Positions 38,073-52,458 are shown, numbered from the whole stretch's first letter. The stretch: DNA of 60,731 nt, filler included, from Basidiobolus meristosporus CBS 931.73 (GCA_002104905.1; 5 parts of 5 records of this genome joined end to end with filler, not necessarily neighbours in it), one strand, 5' to 3'. Numbers and translations are program-made. Notes: generated by a model not told the origin, from the letters alone.

Positions 38073-41000
38073 CTGGGGATATCATGAAGGCGGAAAATAT
38101 TCTTCAGGACTAATGCAGCGGTTTCTTTTGCATCAGTGTTCTTACAGCAAGGGATAAAGTGAGCCATCTTGGTCAGCCAGTCAGCCACTACAAGTATAGC
38201 ATTGAAGCCACATGACTCAGGGAGGTCAGTAAAGAAGTCCATAGATATAGATCTCCATTGGTGTTCTGGGATAGACAAGGGCTGAAGAAGTCCATAGGGC
38301 TGGTGTCTGGCTGGTTTTGCACGGTTGCAAATATCAAAAGTCAGAATGTACTCTTTGATAAGATTTATCATTCTAGGCCACCAGAAATCTCTTTTGATAG
38401 CATTCAAGGTTTTGGCAGTAACAAAGTGGCCTGCAACCATTGAATCATGCTAAGACTTAATGATATCTAGCTGGGTGGCAGGGTCTGGGACATAAAGCTG
38501 CTGCTTGTGGTAGATGAAGTTGTTTACCATGCAGGTTCTGGATGTTTGGGAACTTGGGAGGAGGCCCAACTGGGGACTCCAGATATTTCTTGATGGTGCT
38601 GGAAGTCATATCAGAGGCTTTGGATTCTGATATCCTTACTAGGAATGAAGGGATGACAATACTTGAGGACTGGGTGGCAAGAATCTCAAAATATTTCTTG
38701 CTCAGCAATGGGTGTTCCATTTGTCAACAGGCATAATCTCCCTCTTCCAGGGCATATTCCTTTTTTCTGGACAGGGCATCAGGCTTTCCTTGCTTTGCAC
38801 CAGGTCTATAGGTGATAGTAAAGTCAAAGCTGGACAGGAAGAGTTACCATCTGGCTTGACTCTGGTTTAGTACTTTGGAAGTTGCAAAGTACTCAAGGTT
38901 CTTATGGTCACAGAAGACTTTGGTTTTGTGTTTTGCACCATCCAGGTAGTGTCTCCATTGCTCAAAGGCTACAATGATGGCAAGCAACTCCTTATCATAG
39001 ATATCATAGTTGATCTTGACAGGGGAAAACTTCCAAGAGTAGAATGCAATGGGGTACAACACATTGTCCTCATCATACTGGGAGAGTATGGCACCAAGGG
39101 GAAAATCAGAAGCATCAGTCTCCACTATGAATTGCTTCTCAAGGTCAGGGTGGGCAAGCAGGGGGGCCTTCAGGAAAGATTTCTTGAGTTGGTTGAATGA
39201 GGTGGATTGCTCCTCATTCCAGGCAAAAGGTGTGTTCTTCTGGGTAAGCTTAGTCAGAGGGGTGACTATCTTGGAGTAGTTGGCTATGAACCTGCAATAG
39301 AAGTTGGCAAATCCCAGGAAGAATTGTGCTTCCTTGACTGAGCTTGGAGTTTTCCAGGATTGGACTGAGTCAACTTTCTTTGGGTCCATTCTGGTTCCCT
39401 CAGGGCTGATGAGGTAACCAAGAAATTCCACTTCTCTCTGGTCAAATTCACACTTCTCTAGCTTGGCATAGAGACCAGCAGAGTCTAGTTTTCTCAATAC
39501 TGCTTGACATGTTCATCATGTTCATCTTGACTCTTGGAGTATATGAGAATATCATCAAGGTAGATTACCACAAACTGGTCAAGGTATTCACAGAATTTGT
39601 CATTCATGAGGTGTCAAAACACAGCAGGGGCATTGGTGAGGCCAAATGGCATTACTTTGTACTCAAAGTGACCATATCTTGTGCAAAAGGCAGCTTTCCG
39701 TTTATCACCAGGCTTGATTCTGACAAGATTGTAAGCTCCCCCCAAGTCTATCTTGGTGAAGACTTGGGCAGCAGATAGCTGATCCAACAGTGTGTTGATC
39801 AGGGGCAAGGGTAGCAGTTCTTGACTGTGATCTTTTTCAAAGCACGGTAGTCCACACACATTCTGAGGGTGCCATCCTTCTTCTTGACAAAGAGGATTGG
39901 GGCTCCAGCAGGTGATTTGAAGTGCTGAATAAAACCCTTCTGGAGGTTTTCTTCAATATAACCCTGAGGTTCTTTCAACTCCAGCTGGGGGAGGTTATAT
40001 ATTGGGCCAAATGGAGGGGCTTTTCCATCTTCAAGGTCAATAGGGCAGTCATAAGGCCAATGGTCAGGGAGGAGTTCTGCTTTCTTCTTGTCAAAGACAT
40101 GGGCAAACTCTTGGGACTTGGCTGGTATGTTTGCTCAGGGGGCTCCTTCAGCTGGCAAGTTATCTTGGGCTGTTAAACTGTTGGTAACAGTCTTTTCACA
40201 GTTACCAGGGTCTGGAGATTTCATGGAGTTGACTTGGTGGGATCTGGTGAATGACAGGATCTTGGATTTCCAATCAATACTTGGATTGTGGTAGCTCAGC
40301 CATGAGCTTCCAAGCACAGTAGGATAGTGTGGTGAGTTGATGATGTTGAAGGCAATTCTTTCTTGGTGAGCAGTACTGGACAGCTGAAGTAAGCATGTTT
40401 CATGGGTAACAGCACCAGATGAGAGTATTCTTCCATCAATAACTTCTACTTGGACTGGACAGGATTTCAAGGTAACAGGAATAGAGTGCTTCTGGACAAA
40501 GGCTTGGTCAATGAAACAGGATGCAGCACTGGAATCAATCAGGGCTAGGACTGGGACAGGACTGGAGTCAGGGATCTGGATTTTGACAGGCATTCTCAAG
40601 GACTGGATAGATTTTGTGGCAAAGGAAGATTCTTGGATATGCTGGATTTTCAAGGGTGGGTCCGGTTGCAAGCCTGTCAGTGCAACTGGACATTGGAGTT
40701 TCCCAACAGATCTGAGTCAGGTTGATTACTGGAGGACTGCATCAGCTTGAAGCTGGACTGCTTGTTGGGGCAGGACTTGGCAAAGTGACCTGGTTGGCCA
40801 CAGTATAGACAGAGGTTGGCTTGTTGACATCTGGACTTTTCACTCTTTGATAGTTTCTTGTATTTGGCACTATTAATCTGCATAGGATCTTCTGGAGTGA
40901 CTTGGGGAGCAGGAGGGGCTGGGACTGCAACAGGAATGTGTGTTTGACGGTTCTTTTGCTTCTTCTGGAATAGTCTGTTGTCACACCAGATTGCTTGGTG

Positions 41001-41224
41001 CATAGCTTCAACCAATGTATCTGGATCTGGGAGTGTGAGTAGCAGATCACAGACTTCATCATTAAGGCCATCTTGGAATTAGCTTATCAAGGCTGCTTGA
41101 CCCAGGAGCTGAGGTCACTGGAGAGTTGTCAGAATTCTGAGGCATAGAATGATGCTGGTTTGTTCCCTTGTTTGAGAGTCTTGATCTTGTTGGCAGAAGT
41201 TCTGGCTTGTTCAAGGTTACCAAA

Positions 41225-41429
41225 TGTTAGCTCCATCTCAGTGAGAAAAGCTTGGTAGTCTCTGAGGAGGGGAGAGTTGGTCTCCATTAATGGGGCAAAC
41301 CGCTGAGAGATGTACCAGTTAGCAGGTGTTAGCTCCATTTCAGTGAGAAAAGCTTGGTAGTCTCTGAGGAGGGGAGAGTTGGTCTCCACTAATGGGGCAA
41401 ACCTCTTGAGAGATGTACCAGTTAGCAGG
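41225..41429. repeat. Tandem duplication (~102 bp) inside family B gag
   Basis: FAPL(V/M)ETNSPLLRDYQAFLTEMELT is encoded twice. Confidence 0.9.
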
Positions 41430-42231
41430 TTGGAGAGGAAACCAACTTTGGCCTGGTCAGTGGGGTACTGGTTGGGCTGGAGTGCAAGATTGTTCTTCAC
41501 CATGTTGATGAAGCCGTGGAATTCATTCTGAGAGCCTTTGGACTTGATAGCAGGAGTATACTTGGGTTCTTGGTAGACTGGGACATGGCTAGTTTGCTGG
41601 ACATTTTAGTTCTGGAACTGAGCAAAAGTGTTTTGATGTCTGCATGGTCTTGCTGCAGTTGGGTAAAGACAGCCATGAGCTGGGCAAAGTTCAGCTCCAG
41701 GTTGGACATGGTAGCAGAGAAAGGCGGATGAACTTGCAAGGAATACTGGAATATACTATACTGGGTTGTGGGTTTGTAAAGCCACTAGTATGTCAAGAAT
41801 ACAACTATTGAGCCACAATCCCCAACTTAAATAAGTTAGTGTCACTTCAGAAGGTACTGGTTTCAACATCCTTTGATAGAGTATTGTACTAAAGCTTCCA
41901 ATACTGTAACAACTGTAAACTCCACCAGCAGGGTAATAAAGTGAATGCAGCTTTGACCAATAGTCTTACAAAGATAAAGTATCTTTGCCTTTATAGGACA
42001 AGACTAGGGAAAGATGATGGACTATACTTAAGGTGAGTATTCCTTTTACAAGTTTTCTTCAAACTTTGGGCAGAAGGCAGGGATCCACAGGCTAAGTCAG
42101 GAGAGTCTGATAAAGCTGTTATGAGTAGATACAAGGCAGGAGAGTAGAGCTAGGCAAGGCAGGACTAGGAAAGGACTTAGTGTGGATCATCAAAGGCAAG
42201 GTGGGTTTCCAAGGCAAGGCTGTTTATTCAA

Positions 42232-42331
42232 NNNNNNNNNNNNNNNNNNNNNNNNNNNNNNNNNNNNNNNNNNNNTTAATTAATTAANNNNNNNNNNNNN
42301 NNNNNNNNNNNNNNNNNNNNNNNNNNNNNNN
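42232..42331. other. Artificial contig spacer
   Basis: 44N-TTAATTAATTAA-44N. Confidence 0.97.
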
Positions 42332-44437
42332 TTGAGTTCCTGATAGTCACATGGTATGCTAGCCTTAAGGTAATGGTGCACTAGACTTCTGACAGCCTCT
42401 TGAATATTAGCTCACTCTTCATTTTTGCACCCAATGGCTTCACAGATCTTCAATATCTGCTGATTTTTAGGCTTTTGTATAATTACCACATTGTCTTCCC
42501 CCCATGCTGTAATAGGTTTATCTGTAAGCTTTATCTTTGAGCACTGATGTTGTTCTTCAGAGACTGTATCGTGTTCCTCTGCTGTTACATTGGGAAATGT
42601 CTCAATTCCTGGCTATGGCATCAAGTTACTTGAGTTCCTTCTTTGCAGCAAAGATGCTGCTTTCTCTACCTGGGATATTGATTGCTCTACACATATTATC
42701 CACTCATCCTGTTTCTCAACTATTTCCTAATTTATCTGGGATATTGCATCTGTCCTATTAGTCCCTGCACCTAATTGCTTCATAAATGCTTAAGTATGTG
42801 CTGCCAATATACTTGCTAATACAGGTGATGGTGATGTTATGACAGCCACTTGCTGGTCTTCAACTGAAGGTACTGTGATTGCTACATTCTCATCTGCCTG
42901 AGTATAATAGTCAGTTTGCAGCTCCATAGAGGTTCTCAATTGCCTACTTGACTGAGAGCCTGAGGAGGTTGCATTATTACCTTTGGTAGGCACACTGTCA
43001 AAGTGGCCTTTTTTGTATTTAGCCCTGCTTGTTGCATTGAAAGTTGTCATTGAATTTGTCATAGATACAAGACTGTTTTAAATTCACATGAATATTGACC
43101 AAAAAGTAATAAAAAAGCATTGCATTGTTGAAGGTCAAACTGTTTGCCCCATGGCCAAGACTACTCTGAATCAGAGCTGTAAGAAAAGAGAAAAAAGACC
43201 ATGTGGCTATTGTAGCAAGCCTCTCAGCCACAAAGCACACAGACAGCAAAGGAAGTAATACACAGATCACAGCCAGTATTTTGCCATACAAGTTATATTT
43301 GACCATTCATCAGTCACTACTGTACCAACATTATCTTGCCAGCCAGCTGATACCTCTATATTGGTACCTGGCCATCTTTGTCACCTTGTGCAAACTGAGT
43401 CAGCTGAGTTTGTGACACCTTTAGGCTTACTTCAGCCTTCTGAGTATGGCATGTAAAGTGATAGCTCTGACAAAGAAGGCTCACCAATGGATTGTGAGCC
43501 TATCTCCCCTAACAGCAGTACCATGCATGAGCCTGGTCAAATCTGAATATGGAATGAGGGAACACCTGTTGAAACAAATGCTGAGGATACTTTATGGAAC
43601 CAAGTAAGCCCAGTAACCCATCTACTGGTGAATGATGTAATGTTGTGGCTAGAGAAGTGGCACCTCTCCACTGATATCAGTAATGAGGGCTTTGAGAATG
43701 TACTACTACTGCTTTCCATAAATCATTCAGGGATGCAACTTACCATGAACATGGTTCAAGTGGACAACTGTCATGCAGCTGGTAACATATGACCCAGAGA
43801 CCATCCTGAAACTAGCATGTGCTAACAGTTGCATGGCATTCACATCCAAAAATTTCACTATTGCAACATGTCCAAGTTGTTGGGAATCCACCACCATTGA
43901 GGGAAAACATTGGTGATACTCCAGATATATTCTGGTAATACCGGGTTGAAAGAAGCTCATTCAGTCCAACAAATATTACAAAGCTATAAAGTACTGCACT
44001 CAGTATCAATCAAGTGCCAACATATCCAATATATTTGATGGCAAACATACAAACAGCTAAGAAGCAAGGGCTACCTTGAAGGTATGTATGGCCATGCCTT
44101 TGCCTTAGCACTTGATGAATTCTCATGAAGCAGGTACTCTACCAGTAAATCCTGCAGGCCACTGATTCTCATCAACCTAAACCCTGTGCAAAATTATTGT
44201 AGTGATCCTGTTGAAAGGCCATCACAGACTTAAAGTCCTGTGACTAAGAGATACTGATCTTGTCAGGACACCATCCAGGGACCATTGAAAAATAATCACA
44301 CCACAGATTTTACAAAAAACTGGGTCTAAATTTTTCATCACAACAATTTATAAGTGGCTTTTGAAGAGTTCCTTGCCAATTTGCTGACTTTCTGATCCCA
44401 GACATTCTATCACCTCCTACATTGGTGTGCATTGATT
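42332..44437. mobile_element. CACTA-like relic with a second copy's terminus inserted at 44182
   Basis: 42340-44180 is colinear with 4350-6210; CCCTGTGCAAAATTATT at 44182 resembles the terminus at 7991. Confidence 0.65.
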
Positions 44438-45741
44438 AGACTTGTTCCATTGGATAGTGCCACATGGTGCTAGCCTGTATATAGTGCCAGACCAATCTGG
44501 CACTATCTGGCACTATAATTCCACCATAATGCCAGTGGTAGGATATATTTACTGGTAATTTTACTCATTCTTACTTATGTTGCTCAGAGTTGTGTTTTCC
44601 TTGCTTTATTTACTCTTCATAATGCTCCAGACACATTTCTTTCAGTGAATGTCTTCTTGTATGAATATACTGTGCATTGATAAGTATCTTAACTATTTTA
44701 CCTATTCAGCTGTTTTCTCCTATATATGACTTTCCTCTGTATTTACCTGCTAATATGCTGAGTCTCTTCAGATATCCAAATGTATGCTCCACCCTCACTC
44801 TGAAATGATTAAATATCTCATTGTAGAGCTTCTGCTTGCTGCTAAGCACACCATTCCTTGGCTTCCTATAAGCTGTAATACATCCTAAACTCTTACAATC
44901 CTCTCCTCTATAAGCTAAGTCTGCCATACATATCTCCCCTCTACTGAATTCTGGATGATTTGCTACCCAGAGTGCTTTGTCATGCCTACTTCCTGCAAAT
45001 GGCCCACTAAACCAGATGATGTTACCCTCAATGTCAGATAGTGCTTGAAACTTCACACAGTGTGCCTTGTACTTGCCAGAATAAAAGTGCCTCTGCCCTC
45101 TAGAATGTCTGTTAATCCTGACTGAGAAGGTATCCCAAATACTCCTTATATGGAACCTGTTGCTGAACACTCTGGGATATGGAAGTCTATTGGAGCTTCT
45201 GAACCTAGTACTCCAAGCTTGCTCTAGTCATTTATACCCTCTGCAAGGTGGTTCTCCATTGCTCTCAGCTGGGAATGAAAGCTTCTAGGTCTTTTGTTTC
45301 CATGGATGGTGGGATGAAACCTTGTAGTGCAATAGTTCTTGTAATAGCAGAGAAGCTTAACGAGGGATCTCCTTGAGTAGATTGGGGTCAATGGACCACA
45401 GTACCTGGTGTAGATCTCCTCTAATGTGTCAAAAGGAAATCCAGTGGTAGTGATGGGATTGATGAGAAATGACTATGCAGAAGAATAAGTTTTATTAAAA
45501 TTGGTAGAGAATTGGGCTGAGGTGATTTGACTTGATTTGGCACAATCAGCTTTATATATCTGATTTTCCATGCATCATAAATAAATTTCCATCAATTGCC
45601 ATGTATCCCATTATTATGTTGCAAAAATCATCCTCCAACAATGACTGTGTATTTTTATTGATGTTTTACTCATAAGTCTATAATCAAATAGGAAATCTGC
45701 AATTGATGTGATCTGATCCGTGTCAATGCAATCCAAGATTC
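44438..45741 (-). mobile_element. Second copy of the PHIS element (left TIR and transposase), truncated by the copia insertion
   Basis: TIR AGACTTGTTCCATTG at 44438 with left flank ATT; colinear with 26091-27400; transposase fragment ORF 44706-45170. Confidence 0.9.
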
Positions 45742-48700
45742 TGTTGAAAAATTTGTATTTCCACCTAAATATTCACCCAACTTAGTCACTTAGATCATCA
45801 CCTTCAAATCTTAGAGAATACTGACCAAATTCCTTGTTGGGATTTACTTGGAATATTTTCACCAAAATACCAGGTACCCAGAACATGAAAATTCTCAAAG
45901 TTGTCCAAAAAGCCCCAAACTTTGCACACATGTTCTTGGGACTTTCCTTAACCTATTCTACGTGCTTGTAATGCCAAGACCAGGTAAAAGTATAAATACT
46001 ACTTTTACATTCAATAAATCATTAAGTGAAAGCCACATAATCCACTTGTTCTCCAAATCACTTCCAATATCTCCAAGACTCTTCCAACAGGTTATGAGCC
46101 CCAAGCTGTCACTCTCTGCAATGTCTACTACTGCTATTACTGGAATTTTTCCCTCTGCTGAAAAGTTGGATGGATCTAACTACCAAGTGTGGAAGGTGAA
46201 GATGAAGATGCTGCTACAAGAAAGAGGCCTTTGGGATATTGTCATGGGAGAAGAATGCCCTCCTAAAAACATGGGAGAGGAAGCCTTAAAGTACCAGAAG
46301 AATGAACAAGGTGCCTTTAATTGCATTTGCCTTAATGTTAAGAACAAATTGCTAATTCAATGCTCAAGAGCAAAAACGGCAAAAAATGCCTGGAAAGCAT
46401 TGGAAGACACCTACCAGTCATGTTCAGCTGCCAAGAAAATGTATCTAAGACAAAAACTCTTTACTACAAAGATGCTGCCAGGAGAAGAAATGAAAAATCT
46501 AATTAACAGAATTACCCTGCTGGTAGATGAGATGGAATCTGTGGGCGTACCAACTACTGATGAGAATATGATAGTTACCATCCTGAATAGCATGACAGAC
46601 AAGTTTCAGGGCCTTGTATCAGCCCTAGAGTCCAGAACTGAAGATTTGACCTTAAATTATGTATATGGAAGGCTCCTGGATGAAGAATTAAGAAAATCAA
46701 GCGCCAATAAGAAGGAAGAAGAAAATGCTTTAATAAGCAATGATAACCAACAAAGGAGGTACCCAAGACCCTACAAAGGCAACAGCAACCTGTTTTGTAA
46801 CTACAGCAAAAGGAAAGGACACATATCAGACCGGTGTGGTAGGGTAAACATACCTCCCACAGACAAGTTTATTCATATAGTCATTATGATATACTTATCC
46901 ATATTTTATCTTATCAGTATTATCCCATTCTTCTTTTGCCCATATTATCAGTATTATCCCCATATGATGTTTACCCTGATTAGTTATTAGCATTAGTTAT
47001 CCCAGATGTTATTCAGCTTTGTGATCAGTAGATGTATCTATATAAGGCAAGTACCCGCGTCAGTACCCGTGACACATGACCTAGGTCTGTGTTACCATCT
47101 CTACCATTTCAATACCATATACGGTATTTCTATGTTGCACAGGTTTCAGACTACTGATTCCTGATTGGTTGAGGGTGCTGTGCCTTTTAGAACCTTCCAG
47201 GACATTCTTGGCATATTTTTAGCTCATAGTGATGTCATTAAGAATTCCACTGATACCTAGAATCTTCTAGAACCTTGTCATTAGTAATCACTTGGCAATC
47301 AGGAAAAGTATTTAAGGGAAAGCAATCCCTCATCAATAAATCATCCCTTCTATCAGTAACACTTCTACCTTATTGATTAGCAGTTGATCACTGCACCTGC
47401 CTTCAACAGTACATCTCAGACCTGCCATCAAGGAGCTTTTCAGGGTAGTGCACAAGACACACAGAGGCCTTTGGAGACACTTGGAGCACCTAGGAAGCTA
47501 GAGAAGCAGGAGCTTTTACCATAGTGACATATTGACAAAGACACCAGCAGTTTAGACACAGAGGTTATTGCACCCATCAGACACCTCACACACCTTGAGT
47601 TGTGTAGCTTCTCCCAGGAGTACCTCTACACCACCACACCGGTGTCTCAAAAAGAAAGATAATCAGCAAAAGAAGCCTGAATATGGAAATGCTGCAACAA
47701 CTGAAGATAGACTATTCATATCTGCACTAAATATGACCACAAACAAGGATTCTCAGACGTGGTATATTGACTCTGGAGCATCTCAACACTTTACACACCA
47801 AAAAGAACTTTTTACCCAATATCAAGAAATTCCAATTAAGAAGGTTTTCATGGGTGATAATAGAACACTTGATGCAGTGGGAGAAGGAACTATCCAAGTA
47901 AACCTTAGAAGCAGTGAAGGAAGCCATACACTGACCTTTAAAGAACTACTCTATGTACCAGAAATAGCCAAGAACCTACTCTCTGTAAGCAAGGCCACAG
48001 CAGAAGGACTCAGTTTCAGTTTTGACAATTCTGGATGCAGGATCACTGATCAAAATGGTGCCCATATTGCTTTGGGCATCAGAGATCAAAATCTATACAA
48101 GTTGACTTATGTTCCATCATATCTGGAAGCCAATATAAGTAACTTAAATGAAGAAACACCAATGCTTTGGCACAGGAGATTTGGGCACATCAATTTTGAT
48201 TATTTGTGTAAAATGATCAAAGATCAGCTAATTTCTGGAGTAAGAATTGATCCCCCAGCTAATTTGGAGCACTGTGAAGCCTGCATATATGGGAAACAAG
48301 CCAGACAACCATTCAAGATCTCTGGGTTAATCAAAACTAAGAAAAAATTAGATCTAATTTACTCAGATCTGTGTGGACCTATGCAAAATTTATCCTTAGG
48401 CGGGATGAAGTATTTAATCACTTTTATTGATGATTATACAAGATACACATGGGTCTACCTCGTGGAGAGAAAGGAAGAAGCTCTGTCTAAGCTCAGGGAG
48501 TTTAAAGCCATGGTGGAGACAGAAACTGGTGAAAAAATCAAGAAAATACACTCTGACAATGGTGGAGAATAGACCTCAAAACTCTTCATCCACTTCTGCA
48601 AAATTCATGGGATAAAGCAAGAGACTACTGTACCATACTCCCCACAGCAAAATGGAGTAGTAGAATGAGCTAACAGATCAATAATTGATATGGCAAGATC

Positions 48701-50811
48701 TATGATCCATGATCAAAAATTATCCTATGATTTTTGGGTGGAATCAGTTGCCACTGCTGTATACCTTAAAAATAGGAGTTATAACAGAATACTTTGTGAT
48801 TCTACTCCATTTGAAGCATGGTATGGATACAGACCAAGTGCAGAACATCTAAGAATATTTGGGTGTACAGCATATGCCAAAAAACTGGCCGGAAATCAGT
48901 CAAAATATGAGCCAAAAAGTGTAAAATGCATATTTTTGGGCTACTGCAATGAGAGTAAGGCATACAGACTCTACAATACAAAAGCAAAGAAGCTTATCAA
49001 GTCCAGGGATGTGTTGTTTGATGAAAATTCAAAATTTTCACAAAAAATGACATCAGATGATGACAAAAATTTGATCTCAAGTCCACCAATTGTCAGGATT
49101 GAATCAGAGCAAAACAATGAGAATTTTTTCACTCCAGAGGACTCTACAACCGTGTTTCAGCCAGAATCAGTGCCCAGGAATATCCCAGAAGTGATCATTC
49201 CAGTATCAAATGCCAGGAGATCCAATCAGAGAAGAAATAACCCAAATTACTATAACAATGAGGGTACAAACTTAGCCTATGCCTATTCAGTCCATATTGA
49301 TGAGCCCCAGACTGTAAAAGAGGCCCTTAATAGCCCTCAGACAAAGTTTTGGAGATCTGCAATGACTGAAGAATATCAGGCCCTGATGGAAAATCAAACT
49401 TGGGACTTAGTCAAATTACCAATCAACCAAAAATCAATTGGATGCAGATGGGTCTTCAAGACAAAATACAAGGCTGATGGTACAATTGACAATACAAAGC
49501 AAGACTTGTAGCCAGAGGATACTCTCAAACAAAAGGACTTGACTATAGTGAGACCTTTGCACCAGTAGCCAAGTTTAATTCCATCAGATTAATATTGGCT
49601 ATTGCAGCCAAATATAAGTTTTTTATTCATCAAATGGATGTAGAAACTGCATTTTTGAATGGAGAACTTGCTGAGGATGTGTATATGGACTAGCCTGATG
49701 AGTTTGCTGACCAAAATAACCCCCATTTGGTCTGCAAGCTTAAAAAGTCACTATATGGTCTCAAACAATCACAAAGAGCCTGGAATTGCAAGATAGATTC
49801 TTATTTGGAATCTTTGAGTTTCAAAAGGAGCAATACTGACTATAGTATATACTATAAGCCAGATAGGGCAAATCCAGCTCTATTAGCTCTATATGTGGAT
49901 GATCTTATTATAGCCACCAATAACCTAGAAACATTGGAAGAAACTAAATCCAGCCTATCTAAGGAGTTCAAGATGTCTGATTTAGGAGAACTTAGTTACT
50001 ACTTAGGGATTGAGTTCTCCATAGACAGAAGTACCCAGACTATCACCCTAAGTCAATCCAAGTATATTCAAGATATACTAAAGAAGTACAAAATGAAAAA
50101 CTGTAAACCGGCAGCTACCCCAATGGAGACAAACCTTAACTTGGTCAAAACTCAACCAGATCAAGAGAGCTTGGTGCCATCTGAAAGCCCTGAATTTCCT
50201 TATCAATCAATGGTCGGCAGTCTGATGTATATCATGCTTGGAACACGTCCAGATGTCTCATATTCAGTGGAAGTTGTCAGCCAACATAATCAGAATTATG
50301 GATCTGATCATATTGCAGCAGTTAAGCGGATTTTTAGATACCTAAAAGGAACTGCTGATATCTGCTTAAGATACACTTATAAGGATTCAGAACAGAATCT
50401 TGTGGGATACTCTGATGCAGATTGGGGACAAAATTTAGAAGACAGAAGATCCACCACAGGATACACCTTTCTTTACTGTAAAGGAGGAATTTCATGGAAT
50501 TCAAGAAAGCAACCAACTGTAGCACTTTCCACCACAGAGGCAGAGTATATGGCAGCCTGTGAAGCTACAAAAGAAGCAATGTGGCTAAGAAAGCTGTTTA
50601 CAGACTTAGGCCTATATCAAAAAATGCCTAATACTTTATTTCAAGATAATCAAGGATGTATACAATTAGGTAGAAATCCAACTTTTCATGCTAGAACCAA
50701 GCACATAGATATTAGACATCATTTCATACGTGAAGCTATAGAGAATAACTTAGTTAGCTTAGTTTACTGTCCTACAGATGAAATGATTGCAGACATATTT
50801 ACCAAACCATT
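45742..50811 (+). mobile_element. Ty1/copia retrotransposon (5' LTR, PBS, gag-PR-IN-RT-RH; stops and frameshift; cut by a gap)
   Basis: LTR 45742-46089; PBS GGTTATGAGCCC at 46090-46101; gag from ATG 46121 (KLDGSNYQVWKVKMKMLL). Motifs WYIDSGASQH, LWHRRFGH, SDLCGP, FIDDYTR, SDNGGE, LYVDDLII, GYSDADWG, TEAEY, KHIDIRHHF. Confidence 0.95.
46835..47638 (+). mobile_element. Solo LTR (804 bp) inserted in the copia zinc knuckle
   Basis: TGTGGT...ACCACA; 4-bp TSD CCGG at 46831-46834 and 47639-47642; removing it restores KGHISDRCLKKK. Confidence 0.9.
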
Positions 50812-50911
50812 NNNNNNNNNNNNNNNNNNNNNNNNNNNNNNNNNNNNNNNNNNNNTTAATTAATTAANNNNNNNNNNNNNNNNNNNNNNNNNNNNNNNNN
50901 NNNNNNNNNNN
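50812..50911. other. Artificial contig spacer
   Basis: 44N-TTAATTAATTAA-44N. Confidence 0.97.
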
Positions 50912-52458
50912 TTGGGTGACAGATGATATTTTGCATCATCCTTGTTGATTACAACTTCCTGAGTCTGCCAGTTTATGTCAGGATTGTGCTTTCTTAGCCA
51001 AGTTTGTCCCACATTGATTTCAAAGTTGGCTTGGGGTATGATAATTGGGGAAATGGTGTCTTGGAAGTCCCTGATTTGTAAAGTCAAGGGTTCAGTCCTG
51101 CTGTTCACTATAATTGATTCCTTGGTGGCACAGAGGATGTGAATTGGGGGGCAAGGGATTGTTTGTAGCTTCATCTGATCAGCTACATCTTTTGAAATGT
51201 AGACATCAGTTGCTCCACTGTCAATGAGTACAGAGACACATTGGTTGTTGTTGAGAATCCCTGGGAGTTTCAGCATCTTTGGGGTAGTATATAAGCTCTG
51301 AGTCCTCTGATACTCCTTAACAAGGCTGATTGTGTGCTCCTCCTCCTTAGTGGAGAGTTGGAATACTCTTTGTAATGGCCTCTTTGGGCATTCATTGACT
51401 TTATGACCCTGTTCCTTGCAGTAAAAGCATAGTCCAAGCTTGAAGCATTCCTCTTTAGAAGGTCTTGGTGTGCTCTGCATAACATCTAGGTCCATAGGCT
51501 CCAGTGTGTGGGGGTAGTGTGCACCTTGTTCAGTGATTGGTTGACTACCAATAGGTATGTGGTTATTGGCTTTGAGGCATGTAGTAGTTCTTGAGTGACC
51601 AATTCTGTGGTTGACAGCCCTTCTGAAGTGTATGGCATCATATCTTTCTGCCAGTTCCATAGCCTCTACTAGGGTTTTGGGGTCTTTGTATTCAATTTCC
51701 CATCTAGTGTTGGATTTCAGGCCTCTTAGGTATTGCTCAAGTAGTTCAGTATCAGGCATGTTTTGAATTTCCATACTAAGCAAGTTAAACTGCTCATTGT
51801 ACTCTTGAACAGACTTGGCTTGAAAGAGTTTGGACAGTTTTTCTCTTGCCATTCTATCAGCATTGATAGGTGTAAACCTCTTTCTCAATGCTTTAACAAA
51901 GTCAGCCCAGGAGGCTATGGGTGGAAAGATGCCCCTATTCATTCCTTGAATGTGAAGTTTCCACCACATGGTTGCTTCCTTTCTGAAAAGTGAACAGGCA
52001 TAATGTACTTTGACTTCTTCAGAGTCATCTGAGAAGTATAGGTACTGCTCTACTTCAAATATCCAAGTCTCTAGAGTGGCAGTGTGTCTTTTGCCTTCAA
52101 AGATGTTGGGTTTCTGAAGTTTCAGATTTGTTGCTCTATATTGTTTTGTGAAGTCCAGAGAGCCTTGCCCATCTTCTCCAAGATTCAAGGAATTGGGAGG
52201 CACCGCAGGTCTTACAGATGAGGCTTCACCCTCTCTCTGTATACCTTGACCAGTAAACCATGATCTCTGGGTGTTCACAAAATGTAAAGAGTCCAAGTCT
52301 GTCTGCCTACCCATTCTTGGGTCCAGACTAGGGAGGGCCGCAGGCTCAGTTGTGTGGGACTGTCCTTGACCGGCTAACTCAGCAACTTGTTGTTCAAGAC
52401 TCTCAATATAGGCCAACATTTCTTCTGAAGAGCTAAATTTTGGCTTTTCTTCACTCAT
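50912..52458 (-). CDS. Gag-protease polyprotein (open until the gap)
   Basis: Retrotrans_gag region (LETWIFEVEQY..ATMWW), zinc knuckle CFYCKEQGHKVNECP, protease LIDSGATDVYI. Confidence 0.9.

Larger units (their letters stand above)
35929..42231 (-). mobile_element. Ty3/gypsy family B chromovirus (pseudogenised)
   Basis: LTRs start TGTTATGA at 35929 and 42117 (the second is cut by a gap). Zinc knuckle CLYCGQPGHFAKSCP, protease LIDSS, RT and RNase H (38844-39859), integrase, and a chromodomain FDVKQILGSK..YYLVDWIGYGPSD*TWEPATHL near 36520-36670. Confidence 0.92.
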
